Shown in pieces: positions 38,661 through 49,035 of a stretch of DNA of 64,000 nt (its first letter is position 1; each line of letters begins with the position of its first letter). The notes under the pieces were generated by a model, which saw only the letters and a program-made list of their open reading frames with translations, was not told where the DNA came from and made no database searches. The stretch comes from Spirochaetia bacterium (GTDB lineage Bacteria; Spirochaetota; Spirochaetia; DSM-2461), in assembly GCA_963666985.2 (NCBI GenBank), contig CAXXIA010000002.1, positions 992,001 through 1,056,000 on the forward strand, read 5' to 3'. Position numbers and translations under genes: made by a program.

Positions 38661-39631
38661 GCACCGCCCTACCCGCCACACAGCATAATCCTGCAGGGGC
38701 GGCCCCATTATCGGTTTCCACTTCAATCAACTGCGAAAAGGCTCAAAGATCCTCCGTATTCGGAAACCTTTTGAGGATAGCAGGCGCGTCGGCGGCGGTC
38801 CTACTCGCCCTGGTTCAGGCCCTCCTTTTGACCACCCTTATCCTGAAAGCCGCCGGTTCCATCATCGAGTTAGGACCGATAAGGCTCTTCTTCAGCCTTG
38901 AATGGCGGCCCAGCAGGGGAGAGTTCGGCTTAGCATCATTTGCGTTTGGAAGCCTTGCCGTCTGTGTTGTGGCACTCCTTTTAGCCGTACCCATTGGAAT
39001 CTTGGCCGCTACGGCACTCACCGAATATATGCCTGAGGGGCCCAGGCGTATCTTGCGTTCACTCATCGATCTTCTCTCCGGTATCCCTTCGGTCGTCTAT
39101 GGCCTCTGGGGAGTGGTTACCGTGGTGCCCGTCATAAGAAACCTGGCTCCTGCGGGATCGGGTGTTACCGGATATTGCGTTCTTGCCGCGGGACTGGTAC
39201 TGGCCGTCATGGTGCTGCCTATTATCATCCAGTTATCTTGCCAGGCGCTGGACGCCGTTCCCATAGGACTGAGAGAGGCATCCCTGTCCTTGGGTGCCCA
39301 AAAGGGACACACCGTGGCGTCCGTAACCCTTCGTCGGGCTATGCCGGGCTTGGGTTCCGCCGTCCTTTTGGCTTTCGCACGGGCCGCCGGGGAAACCATG
39401 ACCGTGGCGATGGTGGCCGGAAGTGTCGCTCAAATTCCTCGAGGACTCCTTGATCCGGTCTATCCCCTGCCGGCCCTCATCGCAAATACCTACGGAGAGC
39501 TCTTGTCCGTTCCCAGTTACGAAGGGGCCGTAATGACTGCGGCACTCCTATTAATCGTCTTTGAGGCCCTGTTCATCGTTATAAGCAGCCTCATTCTGAA
39601 ACGATGGGAGGCCCGACTGTGCGTACAATAA
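38657..39631 (+). CDS. pstC: PstC-family permease
   Basis: WRP..G.FG, LLSGIPSVVYGLWG, REASLSLGA and RAAGETM motifs. Confidence 0.88.
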   Translation: MSTALPATQHNPAGAAPLSVSTSINCEKAQRSSVFGNLLRIAGASAAVLLALVQALLLTTLILKAAGSIIELGPIRLFFSLEWRPSRGEFGLASFAFGSLAVCVVALLLAVPIGILAATALTEYMPEGPRRILRSLIDLLSGIPSVVYGLWGVVTVVPVIRNLAPAGSGVTGYCVLAAGLVLAVMVLPIIIQLSCQALDAVPIGLREASLSLGAQKGHTVASVTLRRAMPGLGSAVLLAFARAAGETMTVAMVAGSVAQIPRGLLDPVYPLPALIANTYGELLSVPSYEGAVMTAALLLIVFEALFIVISSLILKRWEARLCVQ

Positions 39632-40440
39632 GCTATATTGCTCTGGCCCTTGTTCTTATTCTTCTTATCTCGCTTCTTTGGTCCATACTGATTCGGGGTC
39701 TCCCCCTGCTCGATTGGGAAATGCTCACAAAAATTCCATCGGGGGGGTTCTACCTCGGCGGCGAGGGAGGCATTGCCAATGCCATCATCGGATCGCTTTA
39801 TCTGGCGGGCGGCGCCACTGTTCTAGGCTTTTTTCTTGCTTTTTTGGCCGTACTCTGGATGCACGGCGGCACGAATCGAGATTCAAGGGCCCGCCGATCC
39901 TTTCGGCTTCTGGCAACCTGCATGAGCGGAGTGCCGACCGTTATATACGGTGCCTTCGCCTTTCTTGTCATGCAGGCGGCGGGAGTACGAGCCTGCCTGG
40001 GCGCCGGTATTCTGGCGGTGGGATTTTTTGTAACGCCCATAATAGTCAGAGCCCTGGATGAAGCCTTCTTGGCGGTTCCCAACGGATTAATGGAAAGCGT
40101 TCTTGGTCTGGGATCGAATAAAACCAGGGGATTACTCACCGTAGCGGCACGCCAGTCCGTTGGAGGCATCGTTACCGCTCTTATTCTCGGATTTACCAGA
40201 GCTTTGGGGAATTCCGCCACAGTGCTTTTCGCCGCAGGTTTTACCGATTCCATTCCGGATTCCCTTTCCCGGCCGGCGGCATCTCTTCCCTTGGCTGTCT
40301 ACTTCCAGCTCTCCTCCCCTATCGAGGGAGTACGGGAGCGGGCCTTTGCCGCGGCCGCCGTCCTGACGGTTCTCATTCTGATTCTCAGCCTGACAGCCAG
40401 GTTCCTGGAACGGCGGCTCGGCCGCTATATGATCCGCTGA
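39619..40440 (+). CDS. pstA: PstA-family permease
   Basis: GGIANAIIGS, GVPTVIYGAF, LILGFTRALG and LP..VY motifs; GGAGG RBS before GTG 39619. Confidence 0.85.
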   Translation: MRTISYIALALVLILLISLLWSILIRGLPLLDWEMLTKIPSGGFYLGGEGGIANAIIGSLYLAGGATVLGFFLAFLAVLWMHGGTNRDSRARRSFRLLATCMSGVPTVIYGAFAFLVMQAAGVRACLGAGILAVGFFVTPIIVRALDEAFLAVPNGLMESVLGLGSNKTRGLLTVAARQSVGGIVTALILGFTRALGNSATVLFAAGFTDSIPDSLSRPAASLPLAVYFQLSSPIEGVRERAFAAAAVLTVLILILSLTARFLERRLGRYMIR

Positions 40441-40463
40441 ATTCACATCCAAGGAGGATATCT

Positions 40464-41363
40464 ATGAAAACCTTATCTCAAGGAACGATCGAACGTTCCG
40501 CCGAATCCCTGATAAAACCCCGCCCAACCGTAAGAACAGAGACTGCGGCTCCTTTCGCCTCTTCCCTTGAAACTGAAGACGCAGGCGCCTCTCCCGTAAG
40601 AACCTCCGCCGCCGCCCCCATCGTTACCGATCATCTCTCCGTGTGGTACGGCAGACAGCAAGCCGTTTTTGACATAAGCCTTTCCTTTCCCAGCACGGGA
40701 ATAACAACAGTCATAGGTCCCTCCGGCTGCGGGAAATCCACTCTTCTGCGCACCCTCAATCGGATTGCCGACGAATACGAAGACGTTCGCTACGAAGGAT
40801 CGGTAAAAATCAACGGCATCGAGATTTTGGGACGTAAGGGAAATCTTGAAATCCTGCGCTCCAAATTAGGACTCCTTCTCCAGCGCCCTTACCCCCTCCC
40901 CATGAGCATCTTCGACAACGTGGCTTACGGACTCCGGCTTCAGGGCATCCGTGCCCGTTCGGAACTCGCCGATCGGGTGGAGCATTACCTGCGAATCTGC
41001 CACCTTTGGCATGAAGTGGAATATAAACTCCGAGGCCCCACAAGCGCCCTCTCCGTAGGGCAGCAGCAGCGTCTCTGTCTGGCTCGAGGCCTGGCGGTCG
41101 AACCGGAAATGATTCTCGCCGACGAGGCCACATCCGCTCTGGATCCTATTTCAACAAAAATTATCGAAGAGCTGATGATGGAACAAAAAGAACGCATCGG
41201 GGTTATCTGGGTAACCCACACACTCCGTCAGGCCAGACGCATCGCCGACAGAGCCGTGTTTCTCTACATGGGCAAGCTGGTGGAATGGGGCGAAGCGCCC
41301 GACTTCTTCGATTCGCCCCGAGAAGTCTTAACCGCTGAATACCTCGCGGGAGCCTTCAGTTGA
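40464..41363 (+). CDS. pstB: PstB-family ATP-binding protein
   Basis: IGPSGCGKSTLLRTLNR, PMSIFDNVAYG, LSVGQQQRLCLAR, ADEATSALDPIST and T.EY..G.F motifs. Confidence 0.9.
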   Translation: MKTLSQGTIERSAESLIKPRPTVRTETAAPFASSLETEDAGASPVRTSAAAPIVTDHLSVWYGRQQAVFDISLSFPSTGITTVIGPSGCGKSTLLRTLNRIADEYEDVRYEGSVKINGIEILGRKGNLEILRSKLGLLLQRPYPLPMSIFDNVAYGLRLQGIRARSELADRVEHYLRICHLWHEVEYKLRGPTSALSVGQQQRLCLARGLAVEPEMILADEATSALDPISTKIIEELMMEQKERIGVIWVTHTLRQARRIADRAVFLYMGKLVEWGEAPDFFDSPREVLTAEYLAGAFS

Positions 41364-41562
41364 GTTCTCTCAGGATGGTAATCCGGCAAGAACCTTGATC
41401 GGCTCGGCTGTTATCTCACCTTGTCCCTGAGAATCAGAGAGAAGACTCTCTTTCGAGCATACATGTTACGGAGATTCTTCCGGGAAGAATTCCGAGAAGC
41501 CGGCCGTGTTCAAGAGACTTCCGAGGGTTATTTTCAACGAAGCTTAAAAACTTCCGGATTGA

Positions 41563-42915
41563 TTATCCGTGAACACCGGACCGGATTTTCTCAAACATCA
41601 TCCAGCCATAGCGTTGAATCTTAATCATATTGCCGCCATGAAAAATCTGATCGGCATCCAAGATGTTTCGATACGCTCCCGCGGGAAGAGAAATCTCGGC
41701 CTCTTTTTCGGCGATATTGAGGGCGATGATCAGTGTCTGCTCTTCCGAATGACGCTGAAATACAAATTGCTCGCTTTGAACGCTAATCTGTTTATAGTCT
41801 CCAAACATCAAAGCCGGGCATCGCCTTCGCAATCCGGAGAGAAGACGAATCTGATCCGCAATCCTTTCGTCGGTCTTCGGAATCTCTTCCCATGCGGGCC
41901 GAAGATCCGAATCGCTCCGTTCGGAACGAGTCCCTTCGGCCATCCATTCGGATCCGTAGTAAATGGAAGGAATCCCCGGAATGGCGAATAAAAGAGCATA
42001 CACCGTAAAAAGATGCTCCTTAACCGTTAGAACGGATGCAATACGGTCGACATCGTGGTTGTCGACGAAATTATAAAGACGAAGATCCCCGCACAAGCCA
42101 TGGCTCCCAAAGAGACGATTCAGAGACCAGGCGATTTCGAAAAGATTTCGGTCGTTATGACTCGAATAAATCCCTTTATAGCATTCATAATTGGTTGCAG
42201 AATCGAGCAGGCCCGGCCCGGCGATGCTGCGATAATCGCCATGAATCATCTCGCCCATAAGCCAGAAATCAGCTCTTTTGGTTTTACAGAATGAAGAAAG
42301 ATCCCTGATAAACCGCCGGTCCAAAAGATACGCCACATCCAAACGCAATCCGTCGATATTCAAAAAGTCCATCATCCATTCGACGGATTGAAATAGATAA
42401 TCCTTCACCGCCTCATTCGCCAAGTTGAGCGTTACCAGTTCATTGTGCCCTTCCCAGCCCCGATAGGAGAATCCGTCTCCAAAAGGACTGTCCGAATCGA
42501 AATCGACATCCTTGAACCAATCGGCAGAAGGACTTTCCCGCCCTTCCTTTTTCAACGCTTGAAAAGCCGGGAATTCCCTGCCGACATGGTTGAACACTCC
42601 GTCGAGCACCACGTTTATTCCGCCTTTGTGAAGCCGATCAACCATATCTCGAAAAGAATCGTTATCCCCGAGCCGTCCGTCGATTTGACGATAATCGATG
42701 GTGTCGTAACCATGGGTGGAAGATTCGAATACCGGCCCGAAATACACGGCATTCATTCCGAGATTCCGGAGTTCGGCGATATACTCGTCCGTAATTCGCA
42801 GCAGATGCTCCGAATTTCCCGATTGATCGTTTTTCGGTAATACCCCCGCAAAACCCAAAGGATAAATGTGATAAAACACAGCGTTATCGAACCATCTTTC
42901 ATTCATATTCACCAT
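41563..42915 (-). CDS. GH13 alpha-amylase family (neopullulanase/maltodextrin glucosidase-like)
   Basis: HGYDT, LDGVFNH, DGLRLDVA, GEMIH, FVDNHD and GIPSIYYGSE motifs. Confidence 0.93.
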   Translation of the reverse strand: MVNMNERWFDNAVFYHIYPLGFAGVLPKNDQSGNSEHLLRITDEYIAELRNLGMNAVYFGPVFESSTHGYDTIDYRQIDGRLGDNDSFRDMVDRLHKGGINVVLDGVFNHVGREFPAFQALKKEGRESPSADWFKDVDFDSDSPFGDGFSYRGWEGHNELVTLNLANEAVKDYLFQSVEWMMDFLNIDGLRLDVAYLLDRRFIRDLSSFCKTKRADFWLMGEMIHGDYRSIAGPGLLDSATNYECYKGIYSSHNDRNLFEIAWSLNRLFGSHGLCGDLRLYNFVDNHDVDRIASVLTVKEHLFTVYALLFAIPGIPSIYYGSEWMAEGTRSERSDSDLRPAWEEIPKTDERIADQIRLLSGLRRRCPALMFGDYKQISVQSEQFVFQRHSEEQTLIIALNIAEKEAEISLPAGAYRNILDADQIFHGGNMIKIQRYGWMMFEKIRSGVHG

Positions 42916-42920
42916 CCAAT

Positions 42921-42936
42921 TATACCGTTCGGTATA
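42921..42936. promoter_or_regulatory. TetR operator copy 1 (before the GH13 gene)
   Basis: TATACCG-TT-CGGTATA, identical to 43526-43541. Confidence 0.8.
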
Positions 42937-42951
42937 TTTAAAGAAAAAAAA

Positions 42952-43515
42952 TTAGGAATAAATGCCGTGACTGAACGTTCTTACGGTTTCCGTAACCAAA
43001 GAATCGCTGAATGGAACCCGCCGTTCGGCCAATAGTATTCCATACAGATTCACCATGCCGAGAAAAGACGCCGTTAAAAAAATCTGGCGATTTCTCATGT
43101 TTCCATGATCTTCCGAAGCTTCGATGAAAATGCGGGTTACCGCTTCGGTAATCCGCTGCGCCGCGGGTTCCACCGCTTTTCGTGATTCACTTCCCGGCGG
43201 AGCCAGGAGCAAAGAGGCATAATAACGAAACTCCAACGGTCTTTTCGTCGCGTAACCGAAACAGTCCCGAGTAATGCAGGTTAAAGTGTTTGGAAGATCG
43301 TGGGCATAGAGATTTTTTTCCATCACCACAATCAGCGGCTGGGTTATGTTAAAGACCAAGGTATCCAAAATCCCGCGCTTACTCCCGAAATAATGATAGA
43401 GCGTGGGTTTCGTCACATCGGAACGCTCACAGATCTGCTGCACTCCGCAGCCTTCATAACTGAACTGCGCAAAGAGCTCCAAGGCATTTTCCAGCAGTAA
43501 TCGGCGTGTATCCAT
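42952..43515 (-). CDS. TetR/AcrR-family regulator
   Basis: ALELFAQFSYEGCGVQQICERSDVTKPTLYHYFGSK; start ATG 43515 preferred because the upstream extension is occupied by the promoter and operator. Confidence 0.93.
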   Translation of the reverse strand: MDTRRLLLENALELFAQFSYEGCGVQQICERSDVTKPTLYHYFGSKRGILDTLVFNITQPLIVVMEKNLYAHDLPNTLTCITRDCFGYATKRPLEFRYYASLLLAPPGSESRKAVEPAAQRITEAVTRIFIEASEDHGNMRNRQIFLTASFLGMVNLYGILLAERRVPFSDSLVTETVRTFSHGIYS

Positions 43516-43519
43516 CCCG

Positions 43520-43553
43520 TACGAATATACCGTTCGGTATACTCGTATGTCAA
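43520..43553 (-). promoter_or_regulatory. tetR promoter with overlapping operator copy 2
   Basis: TTGACA (43553-43548), N18, TATATT (43529-43524); dyad TACGA-A-TATACCG-TT-CGGTATA-C-TCGTA. Confidence 0.8.
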
Positions 43554-43717
43554 GTCCGAACAAACCTTATCATCCCGATTAGAAGGCGTATGGGACTCGA
43601 CATTACCGGTTCCCTTTAGGATACTTACGGAAACTTCGAGGATATCGCTTCAGAGTTTCCCGCTTTTTTCAGGGAAAGAAGCACACCTCCATGCCGACAT
43701 CTGGAGTACGACAAACC

Positions 43718-44638
43718 ATGCTTAACTATGCTGTTATCGGAACCGGCGCCATAGGAGGCTATTACGGCGGCCGATTGGCCGAATCGGGAAAAAACGTGCA
43801 GTTCCTGGCACGCAGCGATGCGGAATATCTCAAAAAGAACGGATTAAAAGTCTTCTCCCCTCAGGGCGATTTCCATCTGAAAGAAATCTCGGTTTTTCAA
43901 TCAACAGAGGAGATGCATCCGGTCGACGTGGTTATCGTCTCGCTGAAAACCACATCAAACCAATTATTGCCCTCCCTACTCTCTCCCCTCATCTCGAAGG
44001 GTACCGCCGTTCTTCTGATGCAGAACGGTCTGGGGATGGAGGAAGAAGTCAGCTCTGTGTTTCCCGATACTCCGGTTATCGGCGGAATGTGTTTTATTTG
44101 CTCTCAGAAACGGGAACCGGGTGTGATTACCCATATGGATTACGGCGCCGTAACCATCGGATCCGCCGACAAGAAAGATAAAGAGATTCTTGCCGCTCTG
44201 GCCGACGACATGAACACCGCCCGAATACCGGTAAGAATTGCCGAAAATCTCGGAGAGGCCCGCTGGCGCAAACTGCTTTGGAATATTCCCTATAACGGCC
44301 TCTCCGTTCTTCTTAACGCCGATACAAAAGAAATTATGGACCATCCTTCATCACGCAAAATTGTCCGAAATCTCATGGAAGAAGTCGTGAAGGGCGCGGC
44401 CTCCCGCGGATACACAATCGATGAAGAAGAGATTAAAAAAATGATGGTGTACACCGACAAAATGACGCCGTATGAGCCGAGCATGAAGCTGGACTATGAC
44501 AACCATCGGGCCATGGAACTGGAATACATGTACCGAAAACCCCTTGCCGCCGCGGAGAAGCAAGGCTGTTCACTTCCCTATATCACCATGATGTGCCGGC
44601 AGCTCGAATACCTGGATGCACGGAATACGGAAAAATGA
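43718..44638 (+). CDS. panE: 2-dehydropantoate 2-reductase (PanE/ApbA family)
   Basis: GTGAIGGYYG, SLKT, MQNGLG, WRKLLWNIPYN, PSMKLD and MELE motifs. Confidence 0.88.
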   Translation: MLNYAVIGTGAIGGYYGGRLAESGKNVQFLARSDAEYLKKNGLKVFSPQGDFHLKEISVFQSTEEMHPVDVVIVSLKTTSNQLLPSLLSPLISKGTAVLLMQNGLGMEEEVSSVFPDTPVIGGMCFICSQKREPGVITHMDYGAVTIGSADKKDKEILAALADDMNTARIPVRIAENLGEARWRKLLWNIPYNGLSVLLNADTKEIMDHPSSRKIVRNLMEEVVKGAASRGYTIDEEEIKKMMVYTDKMTPYEPSMKLDYDNHRAMELEYMYRKPLAAAEKQGCSLPYITMMCRQLEYLDARNTEK

Positions 44639-44777
44639 AGACAATCTGCCGTTTTGCACCCGCCTCGTACCCGCGGATTCACAAAAACCTGCCCGACCGT
44701 TTCATCGGCTAACGGGTAATCCGGTCGGTCGATCGGCGGACCGAACAAGCTTTCCGGAAATCATGCCGCGTTCTCAC

Positions 44778-46175
44778 TTAAAGCCGATAAAAAAGGATTT
44801 TGCGAAACAGGGTTTTTCTTGAAATCCCCAATTCCTCGGCTGTTTTCGTCTTATTCCCACGATTGCGAAGCAGAGCCTCGCTGATGATTCGAGCCTCAAG
44901 TTCTCCTGAGAATCGGCTCAGCGCTTCCTTCAAAGTTAAGGGACTTCCCTGGGGCGGCCAGTTTACATCGGCTGTGTTTTTCATTAAGGCCGTTGAGAAC
45001 GTCCCGGGATTCAAAGTTTCAATACTCTCCCCTTCACAGAGCAATACGGCCTGATTGACCAAATTTCTTAATTCTCGAATGTTTCCCGGCCATTGATGCC
45101 GCTTCAGCTTATCAACAAGATCCGGATGGATCGATCGGACTTTCTTGGCATATCGGTCATTGTAAAATTCGATGAATTCATCGATCAGAATCGGTATATC
45201 CTCAACTCGATTTCGTAAAGGCGGAAGTTCGCAAGTTATAACTTTCAGCCGGTAATACAGATCGTTTCGAAACCGCCCCTCCTGAATGAGCCGCTCAAGA
45301 TTTCTGTTCGTTGCGGCAACAACGCGAACATCCACCCGAATGGGACGAATCCCTCCCACCCTTTCAAAACTCCGCTCTTCCATAACACGGAGAATCTTGG
45401 CCTGGATTTCCGGAGTCATGTCGCCAATCTCATCCAGAAACAGAGTCCCTTGATGAGCCATCTCAAATTTGCCGGATCGCTGCTCAACGGCTCCCGTGAA
45501 CGCCCCTTTTTCATGCCCGAAAAGCTCACTTAAGAGAAGTGATTCGGATAAAGCCGCGCAATTCACTCCGACAAAGTTTTTATCTCTTCTGTTGCTTGTA
45601 AAATGAATATAACGGGCCAACAATTCTTTTCCAGAGCCGCTTTCCCCGGTAATCAAAACCGATGCCGGCGTATTTTTGACTCTGTCGGCGATCGAAAGAA
45701 CATTTAAAAAATCAGGATTGGAAGTCTTAATCTGTCTGATATCCAGTGTCTGACGAATCTCCGATTTAAGATAATCGTTTTCATTACGAAGCGCGATGAG
45801 TTCCAGATTTTTCCTTACCGCCTCTAAGACCGTTGTATTGTCCAGCGGCTTCAGGATGTAATCCGAAGCTCCGCATTTCATCGCCTGAACACTGCTGTCG
45901 ATGCTTCCGTGGCCCGTTATCATAATGACGATGACATCGGGGGCGATTTTTTTGATTTCTCTGAGAACTTCGATACCGTCGTCATTCCCCAATCGAATAT
46001 CCAGAAGAACGGCCGAAATCGCTCCGGTTCGCACGGCGCTTATAGCCTGCGGCCGATTCGAAGCGCGTTCAACGGAATACCCCTCCGCACTAAAAAGGTT
46101 TCCCAACGCGACACGGATTCCTTCTTCATCATCAACAATGAGAATGGAGGGACCGGGAGAAGAAATTTCACTCAT
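44778..46175 (-). CDS. Sigma54-dependent response regulator (NtrC/AtoC family)
   Basis: REC domain (IVDDE, LLDIRL, KP); GESGSGKE, GAFTGA, LFLDEI and WPGNIREL; Fis-type HTH. Confidence 0.97.
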   Translation of the reverse strand: MSEISSPGPSILIVDDEEGIRVALGNLFSAEGYSVERASNRPQAISAVRTGAISAVLLDIRLGNDDGIEVLREIKKIAPDVIVIMITGHGSIDSSVQAMKCGASDYILKPLDNTTVLEAVRKNLELIALRNENDYLKSEIRQTLDIRQIKTSNPDFLNVLSIADRVKNTPASVLITGESGSGKELLARYIHFTSNRRDKNFVGVNCAALSESLLLSELFGHEKGAFTGAVEQRSGKFEMAHQGTLFLDEIGDMTPEIQAKILRVMEERSFERVGGIRPIRVDVRVVAATNRNLERLIQEGRFRNDLYYRLKVITCELPPLRNRVEDIPILIDEFIEFYNDRYAKKVRSIHPDLVDKLKRHQWPGNIRELRNLVNQAVLLCEGESIETLNPGTFSTALMKNTADVNWPPQGSPLTLKEALSRFSGELEARIISEALLRNRGNKTKTAEELGISRKTLFRKILFYRL

Positions 46176-48274
46176 TCCGCATTCCTATTAATAGGCAATA
46201 TCAGCGTAAATTCAGCGCCTTTACCGAGAGAGCTTTTCACTTCAATATCACCGCCGAATTTCTTCATAATCCCATAAACGATGGATAAACCGAGACCGGT
46301 ACCGACACCCTTCTTCTTTGTTGTGTAAAACGGATCGAATATTCTGTCTCGAATCTCTTCAGGGATGCCCGGACCGTTATCGCCGATTCTGATTCCCTGA
46401 TGGCCGGAATCAATATTCATTGTTTCAATAACGATCTTTCCGGAATCACCTATAGCCTGAACGGCATTCTGCAGAATATTCAGAATGGACTGACGAAGCT
46501 CGTTTCTCGGAACGGCAACGGTAAGAGATTCCTCCGGATGAGTAAGCATGATTCCAATCTTTGAGTTTTTTGGGATTCCATACCGAACCAAACGAACAAC
46601 TTCTTCAACACATTCCCGAATATCCGGAATAGACGATCCGTCATCGTTCGAGTTTGAGAATCCCCGAAGGTCATTGATAATGCCGGCGATCCTCCTGGTT
46701 TCCCGATCGATCCATCGGAGAGCGTCCTTGTCGAAATCATCGGAAGAACGGGTCATCAGCATCTGAGCGTTACTGAGAATCGTACTGAGAGGATTATTGA
46801 TTTCATGCGCAATCCCCGCCGAAAGCAGGCTGATGGACGAAAGTTTCTCAGCCTGAATAATCTTCTGTTCCAGATCGATTTTTACACTGATGTCGTCAAG
46901 TTCAATAACGCTTTTCCCCCGGCCGCCGTTATGATTCTCCACAAGCGGATACACCTTGACATCCCAGATAACATCTCCGTCCCGGCGTACACCGTTCCAG
47001 GTACAATCCCCGCCTTCGGCTATGGTACGGGCGGCGTTGAGAATTTCAGCGTCCAAAATGGAGGGAGCGACATTTTCAAGATCTTGCCCCTCGGGACTTT
47101 CGTCCGAAGAAAGGAAACACTCGTTAAAAACACTGTTGGATTTTTCTATCCGCAAACAGTCATCAACGACAAGAATGCCGGCTCGGAGTGAATGAATGAT
47201 TGTTTCGTTGTATTCCTTTAAAAAAGTAATCTCCCGAAGATTGGCGTCCAGCGTAATCTGATTTTCTTTTAAGTGACTGACCATCTCATTAAAGCCCCGC
47301 ATAAGCTGACGGATTTCACCCATGGCCTTCTCGGGGACACCGACGTTCAAATTACCGTCTTGGATTTCGCGAATAGCCATTGCCATATTCTGAATCGGGC
47401 GGGTAAGACGTACCGTGAACAGCAGAGAAACCAGCGCCGTTATCACAGCGGTAATCAAAGATACAAGGAGAACGATCCGGCCTATCCTGATCAGCAGGGA
47501 AAAATAGGGTTCTACCGACATGAAAACCAGAAGTTTTATCGGTCCCACTCTCTCAATATTCCCGATATTCCGAACCGAGACATGATAATGCCCTTTGCCG
47601 AAATTCAAATCGTAGCGTTCGCCGTAAGGCGGGAACAAATCATCAAGACCAAGTTCAAATGAATAATCTTCACCGTTTCCAATCGAGTTCCATATAAGGT
47701 CTCGGTTATATGAAATAAAAACACTTGCATGATCCCGAGTCGTCAAATTGTTGCAGAAATCTTCATCGATGTTTTTAAGAAGATAAACTTCGTAAGAATC
47801 GCTTAAAGTAAAAGCGGCGACAAGAAAAATATTGTCTTCGATTGATTTCAAAGAAATAAATGGGTGATCCCGATCGATTTCCAATTCGCTGAAATCGTCG
47901 ACAAACGGATAAGCATCGATTAAAACTTCAAAATGGTTCCAACTTCCTCTTCTGACAACGAAAGAATCAATCCCCGTATTCAGCAGAACCGTTTTTAAAG
48001 TATGAAAAAATTGGTTGTTTGCGTTCCATGTTTCTTCTTTCAAAGTGAATGATTGAAGGAGTTCGTTGTTCCGAATCTGAATCGAAGTTTTCCACATCAT
48101 CCGAACCCAGGAATTATAATTCTGATAAACCTGTGCAAACTCTTCTTTCAGTTCCTGCCGAGTTACCGCCTGATTGTTCCGGGATACAAGACCGATAATC
48201 AATCCGGCGGTCAGCAGGGCCTGAAATGTAATGGCCCCGATGAAAAACAGCAAGGTCCGTCCGTATATTTTCAT
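46172..48274 (-). CDS. Membrane sensor histidine kinase (periplasmic domain, HAMP, PAS-like, HisKA, HATPase)
   Basis: Two TM segments; AHEINNPL, NAVQA, DNGPGI, FDPFYTTK and GTGLGL motifs. Confidence 0.95.
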   Translation of the reverse strand: MKIYGRTLLFFIGAITFQALLTAGLIIGLVSRNNQAVTRQELKEEFAQVYQNYNSWVRMMWKTSIQIRNNELLQSFTLKEETWNANNQFFHTLKTVLLNTGIDSFVVRRGSWNHFEVLIDAYPFVDDFSELEIDRDHPFISLKSIEDNIFLVAAFTLSDSYEVYLLKNIDEDFCNNLTTRDHASVFISYNRDLIWNSIGNGEDYSFELGLDDLFPPYGERYDLNFGKGHYHVSVRNIGNIERVGPIKLLVFMSVEPYFSLLIRIGRIVLLVSLITAVITALVSLLFTVRLTRPIQNMAMAIREIQDGNLNVGVPEKAMGEIRQLMRGFNEMVSHLKENQITLDANLREITFLKEYNETIIHSLRAGILVVDDCLRIEKSNSVFNECFLSSDESPEGQDLENVAPSILDAEILNAARTIAEGGDCTWNGVRRDGDVIWDVKVYPLVENHNGGRGKSVIELDDISVKIDLEQKIIQAEKLSSISLLSAGIAHEINNPLSTILSNAQMLMTRSSDDFDKDALRWIDRETRRIAGIINDLRGFSNSNDDGSSIPDIRECVEEVVRLVRYGIPKNSKIGIMLTHPEESLTVAVPRNELRQSILNILQNAVQAIGDSGKIVIETMNIDSGHQGIRIGDNGPGIPEEIRDRIFDPFYTTKKKGVGTGLGLSIVYGIMKKFGGDIEVKSSLGKGAEFTLILPINRNAE

Positions 48275-48304
48275 GTCAGACGATCTTGTCGCGAACCTCC
48301 GATT

Positions 48305-48982
48305 CTAAAGAAAACGGTCATACTCATTACAGAGAAGACGGTGGGGTTTTTCATCCTCTTCAATGGACGGATATCGCGGAAGGGCTTCATAAAAGTAATT
48401 GTCGGTTGCATCATCATTAACGGCACTGACTTCACCGGCCATAACCGGTCCGCCGCCGTTCTCGGCATAAAACCTATGAAAAACATCCTGTTCCAGACTG
48501 ATTGATTCACCGGGATTTAATCGAACTTCTTCTCCCGGTCCGAAGGTCTTCTTAACACCGTCGATGGATACGGTAACGGGATTTTGCGTGAAATGATCCG
48601 ACTCATCATGATGATACAATTCAAGAACAAGAGTTCCGCCGCCGCGATTGATAATATCCTCGATTTTACTTTTATGGTAATGAAACGGCGTTTCCTGATT
48701 TTCCAGGACGAACATTATTTTCTCCGCATAGGTTTTTTTCATATTTGCCGGGCCGCCGTTTCGGATGGTGATAAGCGTCAGGCCGCGATTGGTAAAATCA
48801 CCCGAACCCATATCCGTCACGTCCCATCCCAGCCGATTAAGGATTATTTCCTCAATGGCGGTTCTCTCGACAGATTTCCATTCATCCGGACTCCAAGAAA
48901 GCCAAGGCGGCAGATGGAACCCGTTCGTCTTAAAAAATCCTTCGGCCTTTTTTATGGCTCCGTTGATTTCGCTCCGTTTCAT
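48305..48982 (-). CDS. D-lyxose/D-mannose family cupin sugar isomerase
   Basis: MKRSEIN, GWDVTD, YAEKIM, TPFHYH..K.EDIINRGGG, HRFY and GEVS.VNDD..DN motifs. Confidence 0.92.
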   Translation of the reverse strand: MKRSEINGAIKKAEGFFKTNGFHLPPWLSWSPDEWKSVERTAIEEIILNRLGWDVTDMGSGDFTNRGLTLITIRNGGPANMKKTYAEKIMFVLENQETPFHYHKSKIEDIINRGGGTLVLELYHHDESDHFTQNPVTVSIDGVKKTFGPGEEVRLNPGESISLEQDVFHRFYAENGGGPVMAGEVSAVNDDATDNYFYEALPRYPSIEEDEKPHRLLCNEYDRFL

Positions 48983-49035
48983 ATCATTTCCTTTAATTGA
49001 CGGCCGCTGAATACCGCGGACAGCTTAGCATGTTT

